Below the pieces are notes generated by a model. That model was not told the origin of the DNA. It did not search any database and worked only from the letters and a program-made list of their open reading frames with translations. A stretch of DNA of 64,000 nt, taken from NCBI GenBank assembly GCA_963754875.1, contig CAVWHO010000016.1, forward strand, positions 544,001 to 608,000, given 5' to 3'. The position numbers and the translations under genes were made by a program. The DNA is from Nitrospirota bacterium. Lineage in GTDB: Bacteria > Nitrospirota > UBA9217. Shown in pieces: positions 30,258 through 41,021 of this stretch (within the stretch, counting starts at the first letter, position 1; the number at the start of each line of letters is the position of its first letter).

Positions 30258-30480
30258 GGTTTCCTCCCTCAAATTGTAAATTTACATCTCATCGGAATCT
30301 TAATGATGATTTTAAAGCATAGGCGTGATGATTTTATTGAATACATTAAATAATAGCACAGGAAGGACAATTGTCAATGGAACTTTGCCGGTATTGCAAT
30401 GGGAAAGTTTTTTTTCTTTATGACAGGAAACTGATAAGACCTTGCCTAAATATTAATCAAATGGAATGATCGAAACGGCT

Positions 30481-31821
30481 TCACCGCAGGCAGTGGAAAA
30501 CCCCCATGCACCAAAGGCAGGCGCCGCAGGGTTCCATGTTCACGTAGCAATCCTGTTGGAACTCCTCGCCCTGGACATAATCGCAGAGGGCGAAACCGCA
30601 ATTGAAACAGTAGGGGTAATCGTATCCCGTGACGTTCTGCCGGAAAGTTTGGTAAGGCTGGGAGTTCCAAATCTCAAGCAACTCCCGCGTATGCAGATTG
30701 CCGAAGACCTTCGGCTTCACGAACTTTTCACGACCGTCAATGAAACAGTGGTAGCGGTGCCAGAGGAAATAACAGGGGTGCACGTTCCCGTCCCAGGAGA
30801 TGAAAGCTCCGCCCTCTTCCACAAATTCGCAGGTGCGTTCGTTCCGCGGCACTGCCTCGGGCAGTCTGATCTCGATGCCAGTCTCGGCCGCGATGGCGCG
30901 GGCCTCATCTAAAACCCGCGCCACCTCGCGTGCCCGGACATCGCCCATTTTGAAAAGATTGTCGAGATGCAGGAACACACCTTGAGAAAAGGCCTCGGCC
31001 TTCATTGCTTCTACAGCATCGCAGATTTTCCCTTCCTCCAGTGTTTTCCCGTATTTGAGGTAGACGGCAGGATAGCGGGAAATATCGATCCCTTCCTTAC
31101 GCGCCTTCTCCTTCCAGCTCCGGAAGAGGGCTACGGCCTTGTCCGTATTGGCGTCGAACAGCGTCTGGGAAATCATTGTTTCATGATAGGGAAGAAGATG
31201 GGTCACGATGGCGAAGGAAACACCGCGCTTCGCTGCCCAGCGCAGCACCTGAGGAAGCTCCTGCAGGTTGTCGCGCATTACCACGAACTCTACGCCGAGT
31301 TGGAAAGCTGAAGCGCGAGAACTTTTTTTTGCAGCCAGCAGTGCGGAAAAGGCCTGTTCGATGCGATCGAGATCGCCGCCACTTCGAAGTGCCCGATAGA
31401 CCTCGGGGTTGGCAGCATCCACGGATATGCAGATCTTGTCTAGTCCAGCCGCGACAAGGGACCGTGCGCGGTCATCATCGATGAGCAGGCCGTTGGACTG
31501 AAAGCCGACCCAGCTTCCGGGAGGCATTGCCCCCTTGGCGGTTCTGATGAACTCCTCCAAATGAGGATGCAGGAGTGGTTCGCCGATGCCGTTCAGGATC
31601 AAAGCATCGAGGTGGGGCAGCGCGGGTCGTATCCGTTCAAACAGCGCGGGAGCCATGAGACCTTCGGCTTCATCCTTGCCCCAGGCCTGTTTCACGCACA
31701 TGGGGCACGCAAGGTTGCACTGCGTCGCTGTCTCAACGTACAACTTGGCCGGAAAGGGACGCGTCGGAGCTTCAGCGCGCTGCTTTCGGATGGGGGGGGT
31801 TGACGGACTCGTTTTTACCAT
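30481..31821 (-). CDS. Radical SAM/SPASM protein, putative metalloenzyme maturase
   Basis: CNLACPMC, GIGEPLLHP, SPASM CEF...HPC...CFNC...CD...DC...PCGACLWC. Confidence 0.88.
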   Translation of the reverse strand: MVKTSPSTPPIRKQRAEAPTRPFPAKLYVETATQCNLACPMCVKQAWGKDEAEGLMAPALFERIRPALPHLDALILNGIGEPLLHPHLEEFIRTAKGAMPPGSWVGFQSNGLLIDDDRARSLVAAGLDKICISVDAANPEVYRALRSGGDLDRIEQAFSALLAAKKSSRASAFQLGVEFVVMRDNLQELPQVLRWAAKRGVSFAIVTHLLPYHETMISQTLFDANTDKAVALFRSWKEKARKEGIDISRYPAVYLKYGKTLEEGKICDAVEAMKAEAFSQGVFLHLDNLFKMGDVRAREVARVLDEARAIAAETGIEIRLPEAVPRNERTCEFVEEGGAFISWDGNVHPCYFLWHRYHCFIDGREKFVKPKVFGNLHTRELLEIWNSQPYQTFRQNVTGYDYPYCFNCGFALCDYVQGEEFQQDCYVNMEPCGACLWCMGVFHCLR

Positions 31822-32025
31822 GACCTATAACACCGGGGTAGCTGAGGGATTTTCTTACTTCACCAAGGACAGATCATTATCACGCAGAGGCAGAAGATAG
31901 TCAAGGTGAAGATGCCCATGCATAACAGGAATGCCCCGGCACTGATCGGAGGAATATTCCTCCGTCCCGTAAGCTACTCTCACGGTACTGTTCAAAGCAG
32001 TTCGAGGGATAACGATAACAAGGCC

Positions 32026-33147
32026 TCATCCCGAAATACTCACCCCGATCAGACGCCCGATCAGGAAAACCGATGCGGCGGCAACAAGGCCGAAGAGCAC
32101 TTGGCGAACGCCCGAGTAAATCACCGAACGGCCGGTGAAGAGCGTAATGGCGGAGCCAATGGCGAAGAGCCCGACAGCGCTCACGCCCGCGCTCACCGTG
32201 ACGGCCACAGTCCCTTTTAAAAAAAGAAAAGGAATGACCGGCACGATCGCCCCTGCAGCAAAGAGCAGGAACGAGGTGATGGCCGCTTGCCAGGCCGAGC
32301 CTCCCAGGTCCTCGGGGTTCACGCCGAGTTCGTCGCGGGCAAGCGTGTCGAGCGCGCTCGCGGGATTGCTCATGAGCCGAGTCGCGAGCATCCGAGCCGT
32401 TTCCTCGTCCATGCCGCGGGCCTGGTAAATCAGGACGAGTTCCTCCGTTTCTTCTTCGGGTACCGTCCTGATCTCTTCGGCTTCGACGCCAATCTGTTTC
32501 TCGTAGAGTTCGCGCGAGCTTTGTACCGAAATCCATTCGCCGAGCCCCATCGATATGGCTCCGGCAAGCAGTCCGGCAAAACCGGTAAGCAGGATCCCCG
32601 CGCCGGAGAGCTCGGCGCCTGCCACGCCCATAACGAGGTTGAAATTGGAAAGCAGGCCGTCGCTCGCGCCCAGGACCGCCGCGCGCAACGCATTGCCGCC
32701 TCCTGCCCGGTGGCGGCCTTCGATCCGTGCGAGCAGGCTGCCCTGCATGCCGCGCGGCCCCTGTTCGAGCTGGCGGAGCAGGCGTGCATGGGATTGCTCC
32801 TCAGGGACCATGCCGGCTGCTTCAGACTGTCCGTCGTAAGCATGGGAGTTTTTCTGTTCCATGGACGACATCGCCGGAAGCACGGTGTCCACGCCGAAGC
32901 GGCGGGCGAGCCGGATGAGAATGCGCGTTCGGAGAGACACCTGAAACTGCGGCACGTCCGCTCCCGCGTTCCTGAGTCTCTCCACCCAGGCCTCCGCGTG
33001 CTTCTCCTCGGTCCTGGCAAGCCGAAGATAGACGTCGGCAAGCTGCGCGTTCTTTTCGTACGCCGCCAAGGCCCGGTAGAGCGCTGCGCTGTTTTGCTCT
33101 TCTCGCAAGTTTGCACGATAACGCTTAATGTCTTTGTCATCAGTCAT
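32026..33147 (-). CDS. VIT1/CCC1 metal transporter with an N-terminal rubrerythrin-like domain
   Basis: EEKHA and EEQSHA ExxH motifs; LRAAVLGASDGLLSN, AGAISMGLGEWISVQS. Confidence 0.9.
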   Translation of the reverse strand: MTDDKDIKRYRANLREEQNSAALYRALAAYEKNAQLADVYLRLARTEEKHAEAWVERLRNAGADVPQFQVSLRTRILIRLARRFGVDTVLPAMSSMEQKNSHAYDGQSEAAGMVPEEQSHARLLRQLEQGPRGMQGSLLARIEGRHRAGGGNALRAAVLGASDGLLSNFNLVMGVAGAELSGAGILLTGFAGLLAGAISMGLGEWISVQSSRELYEKQIGVEAEEIRTVPEEETEELVLIYQARGMDEETARMLATRLMSNPASALDTLARDELGVNPEDLGGSAWQAAITSFLLFAAGAIVPVIPFLFLKGTVAVTVSAGVSAVGLFAIGSAITLFTGRSVIYSGVRQVLFGLVAAASVFLIGRLIGVSISG

Positions 33148-33487
33148 TGTGGAGTTCCTCTCAGCACGATTAGCCTGGACAAATATACCATAGGTAAGGG
33201 GAATATAGCGTGCTTTTCGTTTCTTGGGAAAACCCGAAACGAATCCAAGCAATGGCGCTAAAACCGGGACACGTCTTTCGTGCATCTGCATGAGAACTCT
33301 TTACGCCACGGACCGTTAACATTCCTCAAGATGCCTTACGTGCTTTTTCGTAGACCTGTGGTGTGATACCTTTTCGATCCTCTCGTATCGTGTTGGTCTT
33401 TCAAAATCTCACAAAGAGATTGCGAATCGCCGAAAAATTAAATATACTAACAGCATGCACACTTGGTCATGCAGGGAGATCAGATAG

Positions 33488-34396
33488 ATGAGCATTCTCG
33501 ACACAATCGGCAACACGCCGCTTGCACCATTGGACAAGATCAACCCGAACCCAAAGGTCCGGCTCTACGCAAAACTCGAAGGGAACAACCCCGGCGGGTC
33601 GGTGAAGGACCGCATTGCCTGGTACATGGTCAAGACCGCGGAAGAGGAAGGCAAGCTTGCAAGGGGCTCGACCATTCTCGAAGCAACGTCAGGCAATACC
33701 GGCATCGGCCTTGCCATGGTCGGAACGGCCAAAGGATACAAGGTCAAGCTCGTGATGCCCGAGTGCGTGAGCATGGAACGACGAAAAATTCTCGAAGCCT
33801 TCGGCGCCGAACTCATCTTGAGCCCCGGGAACGAAGGGACCGACGGCGCGATCCGACTCGCGCATAGGATCTACGACGAGCACCGAAACGGGTACTTCAT
33901 GCCGAACCAGTTCGACAACCCGTCCAATGTAAAGGCACATTACGAGACAACGGGAAAAGAGATTTATGAACAGACCAACGGCGAGGTATCCGTCTTCGTC
34001 GCGGGCATGGGCACGACGGGCACGCTCATGGGCGCGGGCAGGAGGCTGAAGGACTTCAACAGTTCGATTACGATCCTCGGCGTGGAGCCGAACCTCGGTC
34101 ACAAGATCCAGGGCCTCAAAAACATGACCGAGGCCATTGTCCCGAAGATCTTTGATCCAAGCATGCTGGACGAAAAATGGAACGTGCTGGACGACGACGC
34201 GTTCACTACCACGCGCAGGCTGGCACTCGAAGAGGGCCTGTTCGTGGGCATGAGCAGCGGCGCCGCCATGTGGGCTGCGATCAAGAAGGCGAAGGAGATG
34301 CAGGACGGGACCATCGTCGTGATCCTGCCGGACCGCGGGGACCGGTATCTGAGCACCGCGCTGTTCACCTCGGTCTGCGCCCAGTGTCCGCCGTGA
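33488..34396 (+). CDS. cysM: Cysteine synthase (CysM-type O-acetylserine sulfhydrylase)
   Basis: IGNTPL, KLEGNNPGGSVKDR, EATSGNTG, GMGTTGT, PDRGDRYLST. Confidence 0.9.
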   Translation: MSILDTIGNTPLAPLDKINPNPKVRLYAKLEGNNPGGSVKDRIAWYMVKTAEEEGKLARGSTILEATSGNTGIGLAMVGTAKGYKVKLVMPECVSMERRKILEAFGAELILSPGNEGTDGAIRLAHRIYDEHRNGYFMPNQFDNPSNVKAHYETTGKEIYEQTNGEVSVFVAGMGTTGTLMGAGRRLKDFNSSITILGVEPNLGHKIQGLKNMTEAIVPKIFDPSMLDEKWNVLDDDAFTTTRRLALEEGLFVGMSSGAAMWAAIKKAKEMQDGTIVVILPDRGDRYLSTALFTSVCAQCPP

Positions 34397-34457
34397 AAAC
34401 CCCTGAGTTAAATGTCAAGTTTATCGCAATCTGAGTTCGGGAGCAAAGGAGGTCGTT

Positions 34458-35068
34458 ATGCTCAAAAAATTCGTCATCGCTGCAGCCATCATCGTTCTTG
34501 GCGGTGTCTTTTTCGCTGCTTATCTCATTTTTTCCCCCCAGGGCCGGACGTGAGCCAGTATGAATCCCTGAAGCAGCCGCGCATGACGAAGATGGCGGAC
34601 GAGAAAATGCTGGTCGTCACGGCCAAGGGCGACCCGAATGAGGTGGCAAACAAGGCCTTCTCGTTGCTGTTCAAAACGTATTTTAAGATCCCTGGTGTTC
34701 AGAAAAGTATGCACGTGGCTCCCCGTGCGAGGTGGGAAGGCGACATGAACGTGAAGTCCTCCTGGACCGGTTATTACGCCATGCCAGTTCCTGCGCAGAC
34801 AAGCTCTCTTCCCGAAGTCCAGTCAGAACCGGGCCTCAAGGTGGAACTCACTACCTGGGAATACGGCGATGTTGCCGAGATTCTCCACGTCGGCCCTTAT
34901 AACGAAGAAACGCCGACTATCGAACGACTTCATCAATTCATAAAACAGCAGGGCTACGAAGTCATAGGTTTTCACGAGGAAGAGTATGTGAAAGGCCCGA
35001 GCATGATCCTGAGGGGCGATCCGGCAAAATACGCGACGATCATCCGATACCGGGTCAAAAAGAAGTAG
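34458..35068 (+). CDS. GyrI-like small-molecule-binding protein with an N-terminal membrane anchor; frameshift near 34528-34543
   Basis: AAGGAGG + ATG 34458 (MLKKFVIAAAIIVLGG...) stops at 34553; the -1 frame continues to ILHVGPYNEE...HEEEY...TIIRY. Confidence 0.75.
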
Positions 35069-35099
35069 TAACGTCACGCCTTTTTCGAGGAGGTGAACA

Positions 35100-35534
35100 A
35101 TGGCACGCATAGGAATCTTGACCTGTTCGAACGCAACACAGGACCTCGGATGCGCATCGACAATCTGCCTCTCTGATTTGCGCAAGCGCAAGGGTACCTT
35201 TGCGGAGTATCCCGCTGATAAGCCGCTGGACCTCGTGGGTATCATCAACTGTCCCGGCTGCCCCACCCTCACCGGGCCGGACAAGCTGCTTCAGCGCATC
35301 CGCGCGCTCACCGGGTTCCACCTTGATGCCCTTCACTTCACCAACTGCATACAAGCGCTTTGCCCATTCAAGGAAAAATACGTAAGTGCCTTGACCGAGG
35401 CCTTTCCCGATATCAAGATCGTCATCGGCACACACCAGGAGCATATTACTCCGGTGCAATTCCGGGGAAGAGTAAAGCGGCTCTTCTGCCAGCCTCGTAA
35501 GACCATGGTGGACATGATACAGGACAAGGACTGA
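35100..35534 (+). CDS. CGGC-domain putative metal-binding protein
   Basis: IGILTC...GCASTIC...GIINCPGCP...HFTNC...CP...IVIGTH. Confidence 0.85.
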   Translation: MARIGILTCSNATQDLGCASTICLSDLRKRKGTFAEYPADKPLDLVGIINCPGCPTLTGPDKLLQRIRALTGFHLDALHFTNCIQALCPFKEKYVSALTEAFPDIKIVIGTHQEHITPVQFRGRVKRLFCQPRKTMVDMIQDKD

Positions 35535-35661
35535 GTGTCCTTTGTGAAGAAAAATCAACTCCACACAATACGCAGACTTGGGTGGAATCAGGAAAGAGAA
35601 GTTACGGACCAGGCCGACCGGACCGCCCTGTTCATGCCCGCGGGCGGGGCCTGCTTTTGAT

Positions 35662-36204
35662 ATGGATAAAATGAAGTTTTCATACAGCATAATTCGGGTG
35701 GCCGTCTTAGCGCTCACCCTTGCCCTGTCAGGATGCACATTCACTAAATTGATGACCACCCGGTTAGAGAAGCCAACCTTCACCTATACGGGAACCGCAC
35801 TGGTCGAGGCCTCGCAAAGCAGGGCAATCGTAAACTTTCTGTTCTTCGCGCATAATCCGAATGAAGCTGGATTGAAGAACGTAACCTGCTCGTATGGTCT
35901 TTCTGTTAAGGGGAAAAAGTTCCTGACGGGGGACGACATTCCTTTGACGCTTAACCCGAAAGGCGACACGGAGATCACAGTCCCTGCAACAATCGTTTAT
36001 ACGGACCTCTTTCCGGTTCTGGGGTCGGTCGTACAACTTATTTTATCAGGCCAAAAAACAATACCCATAACGATCGACGCCGTTTTTTCCGGCAAACCCG
36101 CGATCTATAGCGAAGCAGGAAAAGAAAAACCGATTTTCTTCGAGAGGAGATTGATCAAGACTGTCGAGATTCCTTTGCCGCAAGAGAGAGAAAGCAGAGA
36201 ATAG
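35662..36204 (+). CDS. LEA type-2 (WHy domain) lipoprotein
   Basis: Lipobox LSGC, EKPT, HNPN motif. Confidence 0.75.
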   Translation: MDKMKFSYSIIRVAVLALTLALSGCTFTKLMTTRLEKPTFTYTGTALVEASQSRAIVNFLFFAHNPNEAGLKNVTCSYGLSVKGKKFLTGDDIPLTLNPKGDTEITVPATIVYTDLFPVLGSVVQLILSGQKTIPITIDAVFSGKPAIYSEAGKEKPIFFERRLIKTVEIPLPQERESRE

Positions 36205-36260
36205 TGAAATTCGATTACCGCGGGCTTTAGTCCTGGTGTGGTTCGTTTTAAAAAAAACGG

Positions 36261-36289
36261 TGCAACCTTTCACTATCAATCGTGTCTAA
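36261..36289 (+). promoter_or_regulatory. ECF-sigma-type promoter, copy 1
   Basis: TGCAACCTTTC-N12-GTCTAA; near-identical boxes and identical spacing at 50420-50448. Confidence 0.65.
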
Positions 36290-36386
36290 TTATATGTATA
36301 ATGCTACATATTTTTTACGAAATCAATCGACGAGAATCAGGTGCTCGCCAGCGACCACAAAGTACACAGAGAAAGGAGCTGCGGCT

Positions 36387-37742
36387 GTGAAGAGGACCTT
36401 CATAAAATGCTTTTTGCCGGCATTTGTTGTGTGCATTTCGGTGCTCCTGTCCGTTCAGGCCTGGGCGGATGACCAGGACCTGACATACTCAATATCATTC
36501 ACGAATGATGAGCTTGATAACCTCCTTGCACCCATTGCACTCTACCCGGACCCTCTGCTCGCCCAGATACTCCCGGCGTCGACGTATCCGGCAGAAGTTG
36601 CCGATGCGGAAACGTGGCTAAAGAGCGGCGGGGATGTTTCAAACATTGACGAGCAGGATTGGGCTGAGCCCGTCAGGGCAATTGCCCACTATCCGAACAT
36701 TCTTCAAATGATGGCCGGGGATATGGATTGGACTGCCAACCTGGGAGACGCCTTTCTCAACCAGCCGGAAGACGTGACCGATTCGATCCAGCGGCTCAGG
36801 TGGCGAGCGAGGGCTGTCGGCAATCTAACCAGTAATGCGGAACAAGACGTGATTATCGAAGGAGACTATATCCAGATTGTTCCAGCCCAACCTCAGTACC
36901 TCTATGTCCCTCAGTATGACACTTCAGTTGTCTATGTCCAATCTCCGGCCACGAGTATATCGCCGTTCATCACCTTTGGCTTTGGCCTGGTAATTGGGGA
37001 CTGGTTGAGCATGGACTTTGACTGGGGTCACCACCATGTGATCTATCATGGTTGGAACCGCCCAGGGTGGGTCAATCATGCAAGGCCGTATGTTCACGTG
37101 AGGAATGTTTATATCAACAGAAGCAGGCCCTTCATAAATCAGACATGGAGGCATGATAGATCACACGGTGACCCCGCCAGGTATTTGGCATCACGTCCCA
37201 GTGGTCCGAACGCCGACAGGTATGCACGCATGGGAGAAGCCAGGGGGAACACTACGATACAGCCCAGGCCCGGCGGAGGGATGTACGGCCCCGGAGGGGA
37301 CGCCCGCGCATACAGCAATCGCGGCCGGGAAAGCCGCGGTACTGTCAATCAGCAGCCTGCGCAATCGACTCCTCGTATCAGTCGACGGCAGACCATACCG
37401 ACTCCAAATGTCCGCGAGCAACGAACAATGCCGACGCCATATGCCGGTCGACGGGCGACAATCCCGGTTCCAGGCATCAGTCAGCAGCGGACGCCGGTTA
37501 CTCCACATGTCAGCAGTAGCGGCTCGAATCAGCCCAGTTCTGCGCGAACGGTCCAGCAGCCTGCCAGGACACCATCAGTTACTTTTGGCGGTTACCGGGG
37601 AGCAGGTGAAGTTAAGACGCAGAGCCTTCGCGGCCAGACCAGCCGTCAAAGCGTCGAACGAGCACGGCCTTCCGCTCCCCCAGTAAGCAGAGGCAGTGTT
37701 CCTGCGGGCAGGGGTGACTCCGGTGACCGGCAACGCCGGTAG
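36387..37742 (+). CDS. DUF3300-domain exported protein with a low-complexity tail
   Basis: ELDNLLAPIALYPDPLLAQILPASTYP, LGDAFLNQPEDVTDSIQRLR; GTG start after AAGGAG. Confidence 0.88.
   Translation: MKRTFIKCFLPAFVVCISVLLSVQAWADDQDLTYSISFTNDELDNLLAPIALYPDPLLAQILPASTYPAEVADAETWLKSGGDVSNIDEQDWAEPVRAIAHYPNILQMMAGDMDWTANLGDAFLNQPEDVTDSIQRLRWRARAVGNLTSNAEQDVIIEGDYIQIVPAQPQYLYVPQYDTSVVYVQSPATSISPFITFGFGLVIGDWLSMDFDWGHHHVIYHGWNRPGWVNHARPYVHVRNVYINRSRPFINQTWRHDRSHGDPARYLASRPSGPNADRYARMGEARGNTTIQPRPGGGMYGPGGDARAYSNRGRESRGTVNQQPAQSTPRISRRQTIPTPNVREQRTMPTPYAGRRATIPVPGISQQRTPVTPHVSSSGSNQPSSARTVQQPARTPSVTFGGYRGAGEVKTQSLRGQTSRQSVERARPSAPPVSRGSVPAGRGDSGDRQRR
37350..37514 (+). repeat. Five degenerate 33-bp (11-aa) coding repeats
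   Basis: QQPAQSTPRIS/RRQTIPTPNVR/EQRTMPTPYAG/RRATIPVPGIS/QQRTPVTPHVS. Confidence 0.8.
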
Positions 37743-37809
37743 CAAAGTCGGGTTTGCTCAACTAATTTCTGTAGCACGGAATATCGTGAATTAAGAAAGG
37801 AAAAAAATC

Positions 37810-38775
37810 ATGGAGACGAGGCGACAAAAATCTCTCTTCCGTTCATCGCGGGGCACGTTTTCTATTGCTGCGTTTTTGCTTTGCGCAACGTTTATCCTTG
37901 CGTGGAGCATGCCGCTCATGGCGGCACCGCAAAAACTTTTTTCCTCTCCCGAAGATGCCTTGAAGGGACTCGTTGAGGCTGTCAAGACAAAAGACAAGGC
38001 TGCACTCGATCAGATATTCGGGCCCGCCGCAAAAGACCTTCGATCCAGTGACGAGGTGCAGTCCGCCGCCGAATTTAAGGAATTTACCAAACATGTGGCG
38101 GAGAAAATTAGCCTCGTGAAAGAGAATGATTCAAAGGTGATCATTTACATAGGCAACGAGAACTGGCCATTCCCGATTCCCCTGGTAAAAATGAACGACC
38201 AATGGTTTTTTGATACCGAAGCGGGCAAAGACGAGATCTTGAACCGCAGGATCGGGGAAGACGAACTCACTGCCATACTGGTCTGTCATACATACGTCAA
38301 GGCACAGCACGAGTATGTTCTGAAGGACTGGGATGAAGACGGGATCCTTGCGTATGCACAGAAACTTCGGAGTGATCCCGGCAAGAAGAACGGTCTCTTC
38401 TGGAGGCACGCACCAGGCGAAGCAGTGAGCCCCTTGGGTGAACTCGTGGCACAGGCCAGGGTAGAGGGCTATAAGAAGGAAAAGTCTGTGTTCAAGGAAC
38501 AGCCGGTGCCGTTTCATGGCTACTATTTCAAGATACTGACAGAACAGGGAGAGCACGCGCCGGGCGGAAAATACAATTACATTATCAATGGCAATATGGT
38601 CGGTGGCTTCGGCCTGGTCGCATTTCCGGCAAACTGGGGCACGTCGGGGGTGATGGCCTTTATCGTCAACCAGCAAGGCAAGGTTTTTCAGAAAAACCTC
38701 GGACCGGACACCTTGAAGATCGCTCAGGAGATGCAATCGTACGATCCGGACGAAACTTGGACACCGGCTAAGTAA
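37810..38775 (+). CDS. DUF2950-domain exported protein
   Basis: WPFPIPLVK...EILNRRIG...PFHGYYFKIL...GFGLVAFPA; usual partner of DUF3300. Confidence 0.9.
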   Translation: METRRQKSLFRSSRGTFSIAAFLLCATFILAWSMPLMAAPQKLFSSPEDALKGLVEAVKTKDKAALDQIFGPAAKDLRSSDEVQSAAEFKEFTKHVAEKISLVKENDSKVIIYIGNENWPFPIPLVKMNDQWFFDTEAGKDEILNRRIGEDELTAILVCHTYVKAQHEYVLKDWDEDGILAYAQKLRSDPGKKNGLFWRHAPGEAVSPLGELVAQARVEGYKKEKSVFKEQPVPFHGYYFKILTEQGEHAPGGKYNYIINGNMVGGFGLVAFPANWGTSGVMAFIVNQQGKVFQKNLGPDTLKIAQEMQSYDPDETWTPAK

Positions 38776-38916
38776 TGAGGTCTTATAGATCTCGACATTA
38801 GCGAACCCGGACGGGAGGATCAAAAAGCCCTTCTCAGAGATTAAGCAGGATTTAGGCTAAAATATATCAAGAAAGAGATCTTGTAGGGCTTTGGCGAAAA
38901 ATGAAAGGTACAAAAA

Positions 38917-39840
38917 ATGAAAAGAATACTCACTATAGTGCTGGTGGCATTGTGGGTCTTGGTTTTAATGCCTGCAGGTATCCAGGCGCAATCCGAGCAG
39001 GTAATAGGAGGAGAACAAACTCCAATTGCTCAGCCATTGGTCAGGGAAGGAGATTTGGCAGTCAAACTTGTTGATGCGCTTAAACTGGGAAAAGCTACCA
39101 GCGAGGCTGAAGCAGAGAGTATGCTTGGAAATGCCGGTATCGCGCCTCGGAACGGGTGGATTGCTGATTACCCGGTTACGCCTGACGTTATCGGAGAGTT
39201 GACGCAGTCAATAAGCGCAGCGGCTGAATCCAAGAGCCTGAAAATGGGGAGAGGTGAAGCTTTGCAGGCATTTCAGGATGTTACGGCTGGGGTCAACTTA
39301 GCCGTCAGGAGTGGTACTCCTGGACAGACGTCCCAGCAAGGTCCAAGGAATCTCACTGCACCTGATACTACCGTGATAAACAACTATTACAACGACCAAG
39401 GCCCGCCGGCTGTGACCTACTACCCCCCTCCTTCGGATTACGTTTACTTATACGCATGGGTCCCGTATCCTTTCTGGGGATGGAATTTTTGGTTTCCCGG
39501 ATTTTACATCCTCAACGATTTCCACAGGGTGGTCCATGTCCATGATAGGGTGGAAGTCATCTCCAATCATTTCGTTGACCACCGCACGAACAGGGTTGTT
39601 CGAATTGATCCTTTGAGGAGATTCAACGGACGGACTTTTGCAGGCATCGGTGCACCGCACGATGCAAGACGCTTTTACCCTGGAATGCGAGGAGGGAACG
39701 AAACAATATTTAGAGGCTCCCGCGAACGGGCTATGACAGAGGGCAGGAGAGCGTATTTGCCGCCTTCCCGAGAAGGTAGGCAAGGCCGTCAGCCTTCTGG
39801 TGGCGATAGAACACCGTACGGGGAGAGAAGAGAACGTTAA
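38917..39840 (+). CDS. Exported hypothetical protein
   Basis: Signal peptide, IAPRNGWIADYPVTP, Tyr/Pro/Trp-rich centre, Arg/Gly-rich tail. Confidence 0.7.
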   Translation: MKRILTIVLVALWVLVLMPAGIQAQSEQVIGGEQTPIAQPLVREGDLAVKLVDALKLGKATSEAEAESMLGNAGIAPRNGWIADYPVTPDVIGELTQSISAAAESKSLKMGRGEALQAFQDVTAGVNLAVRSGTPGQTSQQGPRNLTAPDTTVINNYYNDQGPPAVTYYPPPSDYVYLYAWVPYPFWGWNFWFPGFYILNDFHRVVHVHDRVEVISNHFVDHRTNRVVRIDPLRRFNGRTFAGIGAPHDARRFYPGMRGGNETIFRGSRERAMTEGRRAYLPPSREGRQGRQPSGGDRTPYGERRER

Positions 39841-40101
39841 CCAAAGAATGCAGCACATGCGCAATAAAACCGCGCCGTAGCTTCGTCATATTGAGGCAAG
39901 TTATAACCTGTGATTCCAGAGACATAGTATCAAGTGCCAGGAAAGATAGTAAGGGGCAGGCTCGCTTTCCTATGCGCCTTGCGCTGATATTTTAAAGAGG
40001 AAATTGTAAAACTTCTCCATAAGCCTGCCAGCACGACCGTTAGGCACTTTCGCTGCTATAATTTGAACAGGCAACCGGGAATGCTTCGAGAGGAGATTTT
40101 T

Positions 40102-40668
40102 ATGAAAAAGATTCTATCTCTGTCAACATTAATGGTGCTGCTTTGCTTCACCCCGGCGATCGCAAAGGAGGGGCCGTATCTGGGAGCGGCCGTCGTCTAT
40201 AATGACCCCGTTAGTTCAGACATTAATGACATAAAACCGGCTGTCGGCTATGACTTCAAGTTCGGATATAATTTCGGACCGGTCGCTTTTGAAGGCAACA
40301 TCATTGGTTCGAGCCATGGTGATAAGTTGCAGGGATTCGGTACAGCGGATTTCAGCGGCTTCAGCCTCGATGCACGTATTTTTGTCTCTCCCTACGATGA
40401 TCCGAATCAGTTTTATTTTCTGGTTGGCCTGGGGTCCTATTCAATAGATCAATTCAGTACCATTAACGGCGATACGACATTGAGCGGAAGCGGAGTAAAT
40501 TTCGGCGTCGGACTGGAGCACTATCTGAATGAACGGCTTTCTTTGAATATAGGGGTCCTGTACAGGATCATAAAATACGACGAGTTCGATGCCGGAGGGA
40601 TAGCATACTCTGCCGATATTAAGGGTGATACGTTGTCAATCGAGACCGGGCTTAATTTCCATTTTTAA
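40102..40668 (+). CDS. Outer-membrane beta-barrel protein
   Basis: Signal peptide, beta strands, C-terminal GLNFHF; GAGGAG RBS. Confidence 0.85.
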   Translation: MKKILSLSTLMVLLCFTPAIAKEGPYLGAAVVYNDPVSSDINDIKPAVGYDFKFGYNFGPVAFEGNIIGSSHGDKLQGFGTADFSGFSLDARIFVSPYDDPNQFYFLVGLGSYSIDQFSTINGDTTLSGSGVNFGVGLEHYLNERLSLNIGVLYRIIKYDEFDAGGIAYSADIKGDTLSIETGLNFHF

Positions 40669-41021
40669 AATCTTGGCTTCCTGTGTCATGTGGAGAATGC
40701 CCGTTGTAGTTTACAGCAAACTCTCCATCCTGCCGTCCTTACATTTGCCATTCTTGTAAACCCACAAGTTCATATAGCAGTCGTTAACATTGTACCCAAA
40801 AATGTTTACCCATTCGCGGTGGTTGACAGCTTACCAAAACAGACATATAATCGTGACAAAAATATGCAAATACTTATTCTACGAGCAACTTCGATGAAAC
40901 ATTGTCAAATACATTATTGCGTAGGGCGCCGTTAAACGCCCAGCGATGCCACGGTATTCTTCAATAGAGCTCAAGCTATAACCCGGATATCTAGTCAATG
41001 CTGATCAGAGAGGATTATCGC

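Noticed and set aside
2488..33261. Long antisense ORFs in the track (e.g. 28386-29990, 16585-17850, 14901-16025, 6999-8126)
   Set aside because: Shadow ORFs opposite well-conserved genes, expected from high-GC codon bias; no motifs or RBS
40860..41000. Possible riboswitch (c-di-GMP-II or fluoride-like) around gggcgccgttaaacgccc
   Set aside because: Only one small hairpin; conserved aptamer nucleotides not recognisable by eye. An Rfam cmscan would settle it
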